A stretch of DNA of 63,811 nucleotides, filler included, from Choristocarpus tenellus KU-1152 (GCA_964200185.2; 9 parts of 9 records of this genome joined end to end with filler, not necessarily neighbours in it), one strand, 5' to 3'. Counted from the first letter of the whole stretch, positions 40,145-53,788 are shown. Translations and numbers: made by a program. Notes: generated from the sequence alone by a model not told the origin.

Positions 40145-41158
40145 TGAGTATTAAACGCCGATTGATGCAACAAAGTTCACATAGCAGTACGGCCAAATTC
40201 TATTACAACAGGTTAAATGAGCACAAGTCCATGTAAGAGGGAAAAACTTAAGCCTGATATTTCAAGTACAGTAAGTGTGTGCGCGCGCGTGTGTGCGCGC
40301 GTTCGTGCGTGCTTGCTGCTTGTGTGTATTTGTGTGTGTGTCCTCCTTCCTTAAGCACACACCGACCCACTGACACCGTTGTCCAAACCTTCAGCATTTT
40401 CACCCCCTGAAATAAGGAAACCATCATTTTTTTTTAAACCAACCATTTCGAAATATGATTGGGACCCTTCTTTTTAGGTACCACCACAAGACTCATCAAA
40501 TAGACGACTAAATGAAGATAATTCAAATGTCATCGATCTGCTCCTATCACAACATTGTCAACCGAACTTGATGACAAGAAATCTACTGGGTGAGATATGG
40601 AGTCCAGATTGAGTTACCACAAACTTACCATGTCAAACTCACCCATAGCAGTCCAGGGTGTCGCGGTGTGTCGAAAAAAGATCTAAATCAAAACTCGATG
40701 TGGTAGATATTCTCCGGGTTCTATTTTCGGGGGAAGATGTCACCTGATTGAACTCCTGCTGAGCTGCTCACTCTATTTGGCATTTATGGTATTAAATTCG
40801 AAAAATATTAGTCACAAGCAACTCCACTGAACAAAGTGTGTGCTCACCACTATATATATGTTAGCATGTGGTGACCGAAAGCTAGAACCAAGTTGTTTCG
40901 TTTTGGAAATGGAGGCAAACCTGGTTATGGATTGTAGGTGCTAGCTAGGTCTCACGATTTGTGTGTGATCACATGGTACTGTTGTGCTTTTTCTCTTACT
41001 CAACTATGCTCTGTGAAAAAACTGGAGCTCCAAAATGTTCAAGCCATCAGTGCTACAAATTCTAGATTGCTCCCCTTAGGTTAGCATATACACCGGCCAT
41101 GGACTCCCCCTTCCTCCCACCTAGGACAACCCAGACAGCGGTAGGGATAGACATGTTA

Positions 41159-41540
41159 TGTCACAGGCGCCCCTCAATGCTCACCTTTCCAGGATGTACA
41201 AGTCAAATCCAATTCACAGATTAAGTTATGTTAGAGGCCAGCTGTCTTGATGGCGGTTTCATAAAGATCAATATGATTTTGAAGTCCTAGATTTGATATA
41301 TTTGTACTTCTTGACTATTTATTTATTTAAGTCATTATCATACCTTTTGGTGGTACATCGTTGCCAGTTCCTTTTATATGATTATATTGATACATACGAA
41401 TGGAATCATCCAAGTGAGAGATCCAGCATACTTGACGACTTATGCACCAGGAGTCCTGTATGTGTATCAGCATCATCTGTCGACTTGAGGATTGGAGCTA
41501 TGCATCCCTTGGAGGTATGCTTCTGGAGCATGCTGTAACA
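41159..41540 (+). mobile_element. MITE family C (TGT...ACA ends, 4-bp TSD; Ginger-like)
   Basis: TGTCACAGGCGCCCC...GCTGTAACA with imperfect ~45-bp TIRs; TSD GTTA on both sides. Confidence 0.8.
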
Positions 41541-41995
41541 GTTATAGATGAATAATTCATACTACTGCTCTTCTCTTGACTAAAAAAGCACCGTCCAAAC
41601 CACACCTGCTGTCAATATGCTAGGTATCTATGCTTTGGTGAGAGGAAACATAGACTCTTCTATATAACTATTCTTGTCCAATCTTAACTCCACAACCGTC
41701 TGACCTACATTACGGATCAATCGACTACCAATGTTGGGCAAGTGAAGTGTTGGCTATGAACGAAAGCACACAATGGGATGGCCTGTTTTGAACACTAACC
41801 TCTTTACTGTGAGTCTTTCCCTTTGAAACCTTGGTGACCTTGCACAGGGTGAACTTCACACTGCATATACAACAGCGAAACAAAGGTGTACCTCAGACAT
41901 CACCACCTCTATCACTTCAGCTCATATCAAATACGATGCAGATAATAGAACGGAATTTCGTGCCAGTGAATAAAAGAACTTGGCCCCTATGAATC

Positions 41996-42284
41996 TGTTC
42001 GTGGATGGTGCTGCTGATACTCTATAGACACCACCAGTGGAGTAGATATTAGGATGGAGTGCCAGTGATAGATATACCATATGTATTGACTCACTAGTGT
42101 CCATTGATTTGTGTCATGTTCTAGATATGTTTGTTATACTGAAGACAAGTAAATATGTGATTCATATAGTAAACTAGTGTTGACGATTGTAAACCCCACA
42201 CTATAGGAACAGTAGTGGGTGCCACCAGTTGTGAGTCCCATGAGTTCAGTTAGTGGAAATTGAGAACACGAGCCCCTTGTAACA
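41996..42284 (-). mobile_element. LTR-like repeat, family 2
   Basis: Inverted homolog of 6076-6365 with TG...CA ends. It is followed on the minus strand by GATTCATAGGGGCCAAG, loosely like a Copia half-tRNAiMet PBS. Confidence 0.65.
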
Positions 42285-43967
42285 CTAATATTGTGCATTC
42301 ACACCAAGCTACTTATTGTCCTCTACCAAGGCACACGATTCATCATCTTAACCACGGGTCCAGAGTGGAATATTTCAACAGAACCTGCATCAACCTCTTG
42401 ACTTGGTTCATATACTTGAAAATCACATTGCCAGCAAGAACAATTGCTAAACACAAAAAGGTAATAAGTATCCCCCTTAAACAAGTCTGTTCAGCACTAT
42501 ACCAACCACACCATGTGGTGAGTGAAAGCTTGAACCAAGATATTTCGTGTCTGGTCTCAAAGTGGAGAAGATTGAGCAACAGGTGGATGGAAACTGAAAA
42601 TCACTGAGTGCCGCCTTCGTTGGCTTGCAAAGTCATACTACGTGTATCCAATCCACGGGGGACATGGTTGGGTAGGTGGGTTTTGTTAGTGCCTTGGATA
42701 GCGTTCAAGTTTCAGCACCATGTGAAGCCACTCTGCTGATCGTCCTGCCCACTAGTCGTGCATGTAAAGCTAATTCTATCCAGTGCTCTAACAGTAGCTA
42801 GATTTTTTTTCTGTGACATGATGCATATCTTAAATAGCAGTAGCAGTGCTTTAGTGATTGGCACAGATCAGCAATGCATAGTGATTGTACATAGCAGTGA
42901 CTCCACCAATGACGCATCCCACAAAGTACGAAAGAATACCAAACATGTTATGAACCCATGCCCAAAGCTAGATTCATAACATGAGAACTAAGATGCCCTT
43001 CTGTAGCTTCCCCCCACTGGGTCCATCAGCCACGGTGCCTCTTCCCTTGAAATGCTGTGTGCCCCTCTGTTCCTATCATGCATGTGTAGAGGCACAGGTA
43101 AATAGTTTGAGCCTTCCGTGGCAGGTCAGCAATCCTAAGTCCACAGTGTTCATTGAGCTGTGGAGTTATTCCTCTCTTGCCGCAGGTCTTTGTGTGTCAG
43201 AGTTGCCTTGGTTCCTTCTATATTCTGTTAAGATATAACATAACCTCATGTACATTCATTTACATTCATGTAGAGTTCTGAGAATAATGGAAAATTGAAT
43301 TGCATAGTAACCTCTGAAGTGTTTCTCATTGATGCCTAGGTGCATTGACCAATTCTTATTCTAATGGTCTTTTCTAAGCCATGCACGGTTGAAATACCCT
43401 CTTGATTATTCCTCCAGATCTGCAATGCCTGTTCAGGTATACAGCGCATGTCCATGGCATGTGTGAACAGTACTGTGTGTACACCGCACATGGTGATTAT
43501 TGGGCCACCAAAAAATACCAGTGGTGTACTATCTGTGAAGAATGCAAGAACAAAGGCAATACAGCATACATGAGGCACAGGAAGGAGGGTTTTCTCATTA
43601 TAGTTACTTGTCTTGAAATAGTAGTGCAGAGGTTATAATGGAGTCGTGCCAAGGGTATTTGATATTCATAATGATATTACCCCCAAATAATTCTAACAAC
43701 ATTGATATAGGGTTGAAGACGGCATGATGGCCAACATACCCACCAATAGAGTTGCCTGTATGTTGAAGTGAGAGAATGGATTGAATTCTTACCAACACAT
43801 CAAAAAATTCCTCAGTCTTATCCTCACTCACTCCTATCATATCACAAGGTGAGGACAGATTGTTTCATGCTCAAGAAAAATCGAACTTATGTTATCAAAT
43901 ATGCTCCAAAAAAAGAAGGATAGGCCAGGAATCACATTTAAACATTACTTTAACTTATAGAAATTAT

Positions 43968-44383
43968 TGTGCAATATAGACTGATAGTATATATGGTTTA
44001 TATCCGTTTAATGAAAACTAACAGACAACAGGAATGTTGGCTAAGTGGAACAAGTGTCATCGACTTCTGTTTGTGTGTGTAAAGTAATGAGTTTGTATCT
44101 CACATGACCGATTTCTTATTACTTGTTATAAATGGACTGTTGGAGGAGTTCTGATACAGTACTAGCTACACAGGATAAGTGACATAGTACGATGTAACGG
44201 CAGGACACGTTTTGATGTGTCAGCTGATGAGTCAGCTGATATACGTAATAAACAATAAGATAATAAGAGAATAAGAGAGAGCACCCCCCACCACCAAGGG
44301 CTGTGCTCACTCCGCTAATAAACATATCCATACCATACCACACAAAGCAAAATACTCTACTTGAGTAGCTCTCTTTTTGCATA
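43968..44383 (+). mobile_element. Solo LTR (Copia LTR family 1)
   Basis: TGTGCAATATAG...TTTTGCATA with near-perfect TSD ATTAT/TTTAT. Shares the GAGCACCCCCACCACC..GTGCTCACTCCGCTAATA block with the other copies. Confidence 0.8.
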
Positions 44384-44646
44384 TTTATATCATTATATTT
44401 GTCCCAAAATCGTGATTTTAGAGGCTCAAGAGGTACATATATAGCTAAAATCCTCGGATTAAATACGATCTGTGGTAGTAACTGCAAAAACAAGAAGGCA
44501 TTGCACTTTTAACGGAAGTTAGTCTCTTCAATAAAATGATTAAAAAAGAATATGAAAATAAAGTAACATTAGATATTCTTGCCGATACGTTCCTATGTAT
44601 TGTAAATATACACAGATATGTCCACATCCATCACACTTTTACTCAC

Positions 44647-47453
44647 CACAAAAGGGGATGAAGTACAGAGCGTACATAATGATCAAGCTGCCCGCAATTA
44701 TATTTGTACAAGCGAAGCGAGCAACCTTTATCTTGTGCAGCACCTTTTGATAGATTTTTCCTGCCGAGGATGATCCATTTTGATTGGTGGAGAAAACCTC
44801 TCCTATCTTCCCTTGCAAGGTGCTTGTCGCAAATATTATCACCAAGCTCAAAGTGATACTACATGCTGCTCCTGTTGTGGCGATCATTTTGTAACCCGTC
44901 TTTTCCTGCATTGATGCACAAGGTACAGTTGGTCTATAGTTGTACAACCAATCGAACTCAAATGCGTTGATGCTCTCCTCCCCTAACTATTGCCTCTCAA
45001 TCTACTATTTAACTAAAGAAACCTCTATCAACGTCTTGATTACAACCGCAAATGGTTCATTATCTTCAAGGTGGCTACACAGCATCATGTCGAGGGGAAG
45101 AAAAAGCATTCCCTTCTGAATGCTCACATTTTTGTCAGTGAATACTCCGTATAAGCCACCAGTAACATTGACACAGAACACAAGTGTCTTCACTGCTGAT
45201 ACCTTGTTTGCTGAGTTGTTGCTGAGGTAGTTATTTGTCAGATTTTGTATTTTCTGCCAAAGGAGAGAGTAGCACGACCCTTGTTGCTGGTTGTGACCAA
45301 TGTGGCTTGGGTATGCATGTTCAAGCAATTAACTCAAAATATTTCTACCTTGAATCTACGGCTCAAGCAATCTCTTTAAGAGATACTCTGGAGAATGCAT
45401 TTATCACTATCTCAATATTCTATTTTAGAGCTTAACAAGGAGAGTCAAGAACCATTTGTTAATGGGCACAGCAAAAGGTGGACTTGAGTGCTCATCCAAT
45501 TTTTTGATCATGTGCAGTGCAATAAAGCAGTATGTGTATTTGTCATGCTTTTAGTACTGGACTATCAAGGTAACTCCAGGGTGGAATATCCTAGCTTCAA
45601 TGATGTCCCTTTCACCACAAATAGTGAAAGTTGGTTAGACATAGCATACCTTGTCTTCCGATGAAACAGAGGTGAATATTGCTTGAAGCCACAGCAGAGA
45701 GAGATCGTAGAATGATATCATACAACAGCCACCAGTGAACCCAAAAATCATTGTTTTCCATCGATCAGATAGACTTGGATTGACTTCCACAATGCTGCCA
45801 CAAAGACAACAAAAGTTCAGAAACAGAAGAGGGCTTATAGAGAGGACAAGGGACACAAATGACAATATATGTGACAATGTGTTCCTCTTGAGACATAGAA
45901 CTTGTGACTGCCACACTGAGAGTCACCAAAGAAGCATCTGAACCTTGATTGAAGGAGTAAATGAATGTAACAGCAGTTAAAGGAATTTCTGTCGCATGAA
46001 GAGTTATATACTGATGGGTGTGTTCTCGGCAAGTTGATTTAGCCAGAATACACAGTTGGTACATTCTGACAAATATCACCTGGAGTTAGGCAACCACCAT
46101 CATAGTGCTAATCTAGAAAGACGGCAACATTATATGTTTCTTCTTGGGGGTGATAACACACCAACTACTAGAGTAGTACTTTTGCACAGAAATAATTTGT
46201 CAAAAGCAATCATTGTAACAACTGCACAGAGCAGTAGCAAATCTCCCTCTGTGTTTGTGGTTGTCTCCCACTAGTAACCTCTATCTGTGAAATGTTTGTA
46301 ACATACATTATTAAAATACTAAGTAATAGAGAATCTCTCGGTCAGCATGTAATTTTTTCCCCCCAAACCAACATTGACTTGAACCTTTTTTTGAAACGTC
46401 ATCCAGAGGAAACACTCTTCCTCACCAAACATATAAGATTCCCAAGGCTGCAATCAATGAACTGTAGAGGTACCACCTTTGATGTCTGAGTGTGAAGGTC
46501 ACTCTGGATATCTTTGCCGGATTGATGATCTTAACCTGAGAGTGAAAGTATCTTAGAGGGTTAGAGTTTTGCCCTGTTTGTCCATTTGGGGCTTGGTTTC
46601 CCGTGTTTCTTTTATGACATTTTCCTACTTCAAAATGTTTTGGAGTAGATAAAATGTATACCTTATGAAAAGGTGTGTCCAGAACAAGGATATTGACACC
46701 TCCGAACAAACAAGATAGTCAAAATTACATCAAAATCGCAACAATTGGATTTTGTCCCCCAAATGGACGCGGCCCTACCCTCTAAGATAATTTAGCTCTG
46801 AGCTTGTGTCAAACAAATCACTCGGATTAGCGGGTTGTGATTAACTTGACTGTGGTTTTTACAGCTAAAACATATAGAAGACGAGCAGCCTGCAAGTGGG
46901 AGATGTATTCGGGCTGATGTTTCTGGTGTCGTGATAAATAGGGGTAGAAGACACAAGCCTTTTATATTCCCAACAAATCTCTTGAATCATCAGAACATAT
47001 ACTTGGGTCAAACCGTAGTAATGAGGAATGGTAAACAAACCTCCATTATGATAGGAGAAATGTAGAGGGTGAGGTAAGTCTAAATTGAACTTGGTAACGA
47101 AAGTGGATGGTGGATTGTATCCAAGACGCACGCACCTTGTTGTTGGTGAGGTTTTGTGTTGATAACAGACTTCGATCGTCGCAGTTTTGTTCCGAACCTG
47201 TGGTTGGATGAACTCGACCGAGCTTCATTTGTTGAGCCCGACTAGAGATAGCACTCAAGTTCTGCAAGATAATTGTGATCTGTAAGACTGCAATCAAACC
47301 GAATACCACCCTGGTGACTGTAAGATCAACGCAGCTGGGCTCATTAAAGAAGTTTCGGTCTATGAATCCCTGTCCACAAAGACAATATCCACCCATGCAC
47401 CGACCTTCACTCCCTTGGTACCAGGGATGCTGACAGTCCATCACGCATCCCAT
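44647..47453 (-). pseudogene. Cys-rich EGF-like N-terminus plus multi-pass (7TM-like) membrane protein gene with an in-frame TGA; may be a pseudogene
   Basis: Exons 47453-47136 (MGCVMDC..GRCMGGYCLCGQGF..SC plus TM1), 45943-45650 (VQMLLW*LSVW.. TM2, TM3), 45253-45128 (TM4), 44905-44647 (TM5, TM6), with GT-AG junctions in consistent phases. TGA at 45925-45923. A further exon is likely near 43.4-43.8 kb. Confidence 0.5.
46540..46798 (+). mobile_element. MITE family A (in an intron of the 7TM-like gene)
   Basis: 259 bp with TIRs; TSD TGA. Confidence 0.9.
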
Positions 47454-48719
47454 CTTTGTTACAATAAGCACCGCGAGGGACGCCTTTAGAATTTTGTGTT
47501 GGGTGATGGCATATTGGTCCTTGGGGTATTGTAGTAGAGAATGAGTAGGTACTATTATTCGTTATAATCGTGTTATCCAGTACTGGTTGTTGTACAGTGG
47601 GAGATGCATGATCATGCATTGTTCGGAATATTATTGTTACATGAGGAGGCAAATCCTAAATAGCAGTTTCAAAAACACCTATTTTTTTTAACTTGCACTG
47701 AACCCCACAAATGAGAGGTATCAGCAATTGGATTTTAAGGATCCTGAAAACATATGTGAATTTGATCGTTTTTACAAGTGCGTATTTGAACTTTTCTGAA
47801 TCGTGTTGAAAAGTTTCAAACAGAGAAATCAATACTCTCAAGTTAATACTTCATCCATAGAAATATGGGTGAATTGCAAGAGATTGAAAAACTGGCTTAA
47901 AAAAAGAAACAGTCAAAATGTGATACCACTCTTTACTTCCAGTCAAATGGCCTATTGGTATTCCTACTCCTACTACTACTGCAATAAAGATAACGAGGAG
48001 AAATAATAGAAGATCGAGTGAGTAGTGTCGGAAGAAGGAGAGAGGAGGAGGTATCAGGTCAAGGACCAACAATCACTAAGAAAAAGAGTGATAATCGATT
48101 GATGCTTTCTACACTTCATTCTCATCACCACGTATCTCACAAGACAAATGAACGAATAGATGTGAGCAGTAGGCCCCTGTTGTTTTACCAGGTGTATAAT
48201 GAATTATTTGTCCCTGTACGTGGATATAAGAAAAAAGGTGTATTGTTGATCTGTCCCTAGCTCATCTTCACAGACGAATCTTACGTCTTATTCTTGATTT
48301 AACAGAAAAGAACATATGTTCAAATCTTACATTGTGGTTTAACAGGATCAAACAATAGTGAGTGCAAGTAAACGAGAGATCATCGGAGCCCTATTTTAAG
48401 GATGCTGAAAATGTGTTCAAATTGGACTTTGTTTTACAAATGTGTGTGGGATATATTTCAGACTTCTGTCGCATATATAAAAAAATAGAGGAATCAACCC
48501 TCCCAAAACAGCCTCTCACCAAAATTGAGGATGGAGCATACTATGGAGGATGGGTTTGACCGAAAATGGTNNNNNNNNNNNNNNNNNNNNNNNNNNNNNN
48601 NNNNNNNNNNNNNNTTAATTAATTAANNNNNNNNNNNNNNNNNNNNNNNNNNNNNNNNNNNNNNNNNNNNCTTGTGCGCTCGCCTTCTCCCGTATCTCAT
48701 CAGCGCTGTGTTGACGTGC

Positions 48720-48872
48720 GGGGGGGCGCCTGTCCATTTGCAGTCGATTTTTTATTGTCGTGATTTTTGGTTGCATACGGCTGATGGACAATGAAAATGC
48801 ATTTTTCCTGATTTTTGCCCAAATGGACACCCTGGTGTAGACTCCCCCTCCCCCCCCATATACTTTGGGTCT
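48720..48872 (-). mobile_element. MITE family B, partial
   Basis: ..CAAATGGACACCCTGGTGTAGACTCCCCC..ATACTTTGGGTCT. Confidence 0.82.
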
Positions 48873-49146
48873 GCTTGCTCATGTATAGCCATGACATATC
48901 GCTGTTTTTTCAGCAGTGTATAACTTTCACCCATTCCTACAATCTCAAACACCTGCAATAGTTATGTACCATGTGCCATGTTTGAGAAATTCAACTTTTT
49001 GCTACTCATACCACCTGATACACCTCACCCTCACCTCTCACCTCATCTATTTTTTATTCAATTCAAGCAAGAGCAATGAAATTTACGGTATATTCCTACT
49101 AAAACTACTCTGGAGAAGTCCCTTTCTTTAGTACCATTTCGCTCAC

Positions 49147-51421
49147 CTTGGCTGTGAGAAGAGTTCCAATGAGCTTGGGATCCCCGTATTCTGCAGCAAG
49201 GTGGAGAGGTGTCAGCCCTTGCTTGTTGGTCGCACAGGTATTCGCCCCATGTGACAATAGATAGGTCGCAAGTTCCTCATTGCCACTCCAACACGCTAAC
49301 ATCAGTGGAGTGAAGTCCTAAGAGTAGGTAGAACAGGAAGGATAGGTGGTGGGTTGTAATTGAATTGCAAGATTGCTTAGTGATAAAATTGCAGCAGCCA
49401 TGGAAAATCAGAGGTTGAGGTTAGCTGGTACTGCTCGACTTCAGTACGATACAGGATAAGAACTATCCAGACCAGCATCGAAAAAAATACTGTTCACTTG
49501 ATCACAATAATCATACGGAGAGGAAGATACAAAAAAAACAATGCATTGCTGCTTGATGACTTAGTAGTTCTTAGCAACAGCAGGCAGTTGTGATATGGAA
49601 AGTTGACGTTGCTAGATCTCCTGAGGAGACCATTGACACTATGAGTCTGTGCGAGGCTCTATGACATTTGTGTCTTTTCCAATGGCACCTGCGGCTGAGA
49701 CCTTTGAATATCAGAATGAATGTAACAGCAGCATGTTCAGGCTAGAACTTCAATACAAAGCTGTTTCAAAGATTTGAGACGCCCCCAATACCTGGAAGAG
49801 TTGAGCTGGCAAAGGTTTCCCACTACATAAGGGCTCTGTGTCGTGTCTTGTGGATACTACAATATTTCCCAAGGAGACTAACACATGATTCATTCCCACA
49901 AAACAGTACCTGTATAAACCTTTTCTTTTTGGTAGTCTGCTTTGTAAGGAAAAAATTCCTGCAAACACAATGTGACACACTAACCTCAAACTCACCTCAT
50001 TGGTACATGCTTCGATGTTTGCATGCCCCTCCTCCAGTAGTTGTTCAATCACCTTGGGAAGATGGATTAGTGCATCAAATATGTTAGGAAAGAGGGAAGG
50101 GGAAGGAGAATCGGCCCTTGTTTTCAAAAGGCTGGGGAGATGGAATGCTCTAGGACCTTTGTCTGAACTTTAGAGTCTTACCTCCTCTTCCTCGTTAACT
50201 CTTAGTCTTTGTACAAGGTTTGGGCTGGTTTGGCGAAGCTGGAGCTCGTTCTAAACATAATTCATACATGCAATTATTGATTCCGCTGCAATATGCATTA
50301 CCTAGGATGGTATGCACGCGCAGCTAAGAGAAATGTTCTGATGGGATTCACCCAGTACAGAAGGTGCTTTAACTCTGCTCCTCTACCGATTCAGTAGTGT
50401 TTCAAGAACTTTGGCGCGTGTACGCCTACCAATCCCTAATGATCCACCTTTCGACCAAGGGATGTGTCATTGACAGGCAACCAACAACAGGGCAGGAGAA
50501 GAGGTGGCATATAGTGGAGGGAGGAGGGGCAGCAAAGCACATGAACTGGAGAGGGGAAAGACAAAGCAAATGCACCTCACGGTGTTTGTTCTGGCATGCC
50601 AAGAGTAAGGGTGAGAATCCCCGGTCATTTTTTGCCTCTGTGTCTCCACCAGATAACAACAGCTCCCGAACAGTCTCAGCATGGCCAAGTTTGGCAGCCA
50701 ACATCAGAGGTGTGAAGCCGCGGTCACTGCGGGCCTCCACAGCAGCTCCTTCCTCCAGGAGCTGAGGGGGGGAGATTATGCCAAGGTGCGATCATATGTG
50801 CAACAAATAGGCGCTAGACAACAGGGATGCGGGCATTTTACATGCAAGGTGAGAGTTAGAATATGTATTGTTTCATTAGAGTTAACACCAATTGTTCAAA
50901 AAAAGGTGTCGTTTTGCATACAACCAGGAGGGAAGTAAATGTAGCCGAAAATTCGGTAATGCAACGGCAACAAGGATAAATAGGAGATTTTCAGCAGTAA
51001 CATGTTGGGGGATTGTCGGATCAGTATGACGTCAAGAATTATGTCGCCAACATACGGGTATTCCACTTGCGGTGTATTGTTGATACCTCATACTGTCATT
51101 GATTTCACGGTCATATCGTTCCACCAACTCTTGTCCCTTCTACATTTACTTTCCTTGCACCCAGAAATAGATGCAGTCGTCCAGAATACCAGTACACCTC
51201 CTGACCTTACTGATGCATGCATCTTGACCCCGCTCAGCTGCAAGGAGGAGGGGGGTATAGCTGCGCTCAATTTTGGCCTCGATGTCCACCCCCTGTGACA
51301 ATAGAGAGCACACCTCTCCCTCCCTCCCCTCAAAGATTGCATGGTGGAGGGGGGTCCACCCTGCTGCACCTCCGTCGTTGTCACTGTCACCTTTTTTCTC
51401 CACATCCCTGGAGCGTATGAC
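49147..51421 (-). CDS. Ankyrin-repeat protein (partial; continues toward the gap at 48670)
   Basis: Exons ~51421-51206 (GWTPLHHAIFEG..SYTPLLLAAERG), 50761-50576 (GFTPLMLAAKLG..GFSPLLLACQN), 50052-49996 (VIEQLLEEGHANIEACTNE), 49317-49147 (DFTPLMLACWSG..GLTPLHLAAEYG). Repeated TPLxxA ankyrin motifs and phase-0 GT-AG introns. The start exon is uncertain (possible ATG near 51560). Confidence 0.88.
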
Positions 51422-52842
51422 CTGTGCTATGGTTGATCGACGGAATCTGGCCAGAATTGACAAAAAAAATGATATGAAAGGACTTTTGAGAAGGAAATAA
51501 AGGAAGTATATTGAGAGATTTTGAACAATTCAACTATTGCTTACATTTACCATGAGCATGTATTACTGTTCTTGGAAGGCATTGCGGATTCCCATAACCC
51601 AAGATTTGGTTACCAGAATTCAGTATTGAATGCTGCCATCCTTTCTGGTTTGAACTTGATTTCCCACTAGAATCGTCTTGAATTCAAAGGGCAATTGTAT
51701 TTTCTGCGGATAAGGAAGGCATGGACTGAATATGGCAACCATGAGTGCTGTGAATTAGATGTTCTGGGATACAAGGTCTCCTTTTCTCATCACAACTTCC
51801 TGCAAGATTCTTTGTCCTAGGATTGTCATTTAGCCTATCTGACCGTTGCTTTCACTTCACCATTGTTATGATTTAACATGAGACTAGCAATGCAGTTTGT
51901 TACAAATCAAGCTACTTTGGAGATACCCCCCAAATAAACTCCAATCGACAAGCAATGTGACCTTGTGCTCCTGAGTGTTAAGAAACTGACGTACTTTTGT
52001 TGTTAGAACCACACACACACACATAAAACAGTCAACTTTTGCACTTGGTCTGCTGAGGCAAACGTTGAAGAGCACTACTTCGAAGAACCAGACTATTTTT
52101 GGCAATGCTGTTGTTCAAAGTGAAATTTGCACCAAAATAAGACCAATATTGTTGCATTGTCAGCTGAATCGCACTCAAAACATCTCCCAATACCAGGATT
52201 GGAATTACAATTCTGAGCGAGCGGTGCAAGGTAGGGATCAACCTCTAGAAAACATTGTCATGGGTCGAGCAATATTCATATCATAGGAACAGGATACTAC
52301 ATATGCAGAGGATACCTTTTTGTTCGGGGATTGTTATAACTGTTTTGACTATTTAAGCCCTCTGCTTGAGATTTTCCTTGTAGTATTGGCCTGGGAGTCA
52401 CACCACCTGAAGTGCTGACATGATCAGAGCGCTCATTGACCAATTCGCTCTCAGACATTGCTCTCTCACCCCACAGGATAACCTGTGGATGCCCCATGCA
52501 AGGACAGCAGCGAAAGGAAGAAGGTGAGGAGGGACAAGTAAGTGAAGGTGGATTGGGTGATCCTGTTGTTCAGAACTGTTTGCAAGATGTTCAGGACAGA
52601 CAAATTTTAGGGTGTTGCAAGTGGGAGGACTATGGGCACTGACTGATGTCACTCTTGTTCTGTTTCTGTCATAAGAAGTTCATTGCATGTATAATCTGTG
52701 CAAATCTATGCTTTTTCGATAACATATTTATCACATAGTATTCCGTAACCACTCTAGAGTATTAGCAAAACTAGACGCATGTATGAACGGAGTTAATGCA
52801 GAGTACAGGTCGATCGGAATGGTGGACTGATGAAACAGAGCA

Positions 52843-52985
52843 GGCTCGAAGTATCTGGGGGAGGGTGGCGACTGTCCATTTGGGGTCAATTTTTTCATGT
52901 CGCGATTTTTGGGTGATTTGGTTGTATACGTTGGATGGATAATGTAAATGCACTTTTCCTGATTTTGGTCAAAATGGACACCCTG
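52843..52985 (-). mobile_element. MITE family B, cut by the gap
   Basis: GGCTCGAAGTATCTGGGG..GTCCATTTGGGGTCAATTTTTTCATGTCGCG.. Confidence 0.85.
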
Positions 52986-53788
52986 NNNNNNNNNNNNNNN
53001 NNNNNNNNNNNNNNNNNNNNNNNNNNNNNTTAATTAATTAANNNNNNNNNNNNNNNNNNNNNNNNNNNNNNNNNNNNNNNNNNNNCCCCGGATACTTTGA
53101 CCCAATCAGCAACCAGACCCCCCAAAAAATGTACTCACTTCACAGGTGGCGTCTTTCTCATTCTAACACCAAACTTCTCAAAGAAGTTTTTTTTTTCTTT
53201 CATTTTTTAAAGGTTCAATGGTAGGATGCATAAGACATGTAAGCGCAATGTAATTTTTCTTTGTCTGAGCACATACCAGCGTGAAATACAATCACGCCTA
53301 TCCTACCCACTAGGAAGACTCAGTCAGTTGAACAACAATAAACAATAAGGGGTAACACTTGTTGCCCAAGACCAGCATTGTCCAATCTGGACACTACCTG
53401 TACTGTTGCTCCTGAGTGTATTCCATAGTGAACATACAAGACACCAGATTTTCTACCCTACTAAAGAGTGACACCATCTACAAGGGGTGTTGATTTTTCA
53501 AGTGCCCCTTGTTTGAAAAAACTCCTCCAAGGATATCACTAGTAGTATACATGCAGAGTCAGAATACAAGAATTATTAGTTGGTTAATCCAAATTTATTC
53601 TTGTATATGAATGGATAGATAGGAATTAGTTCCATTAAGCATGGTGTTTTGGGGTTACATGGCTGCCCCCTCTGCTTGGTAATAATCACTCTACAGCATT
53701 TGGTAATATTCCTGTATTTATCTCTTCTATCCATACATGACCCGGAGGATACTTTAACGCAATATATTGGAACCCTAGGTTTCTACCC

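Noticed and set aside
45923-45925. Selenocysteine codon
   Set aside because: There is no redox motif context and no SECIS that I can identify. CGA>TGA decay is simpler.
52843-53103. A single MITE B copy spanning the gap, which would prove contig adjacency
   Set aside because: The flanks (GCA vs AAT) do not form a TSD, and the terminus type (GACCC rather than GGGTCT) does not match.
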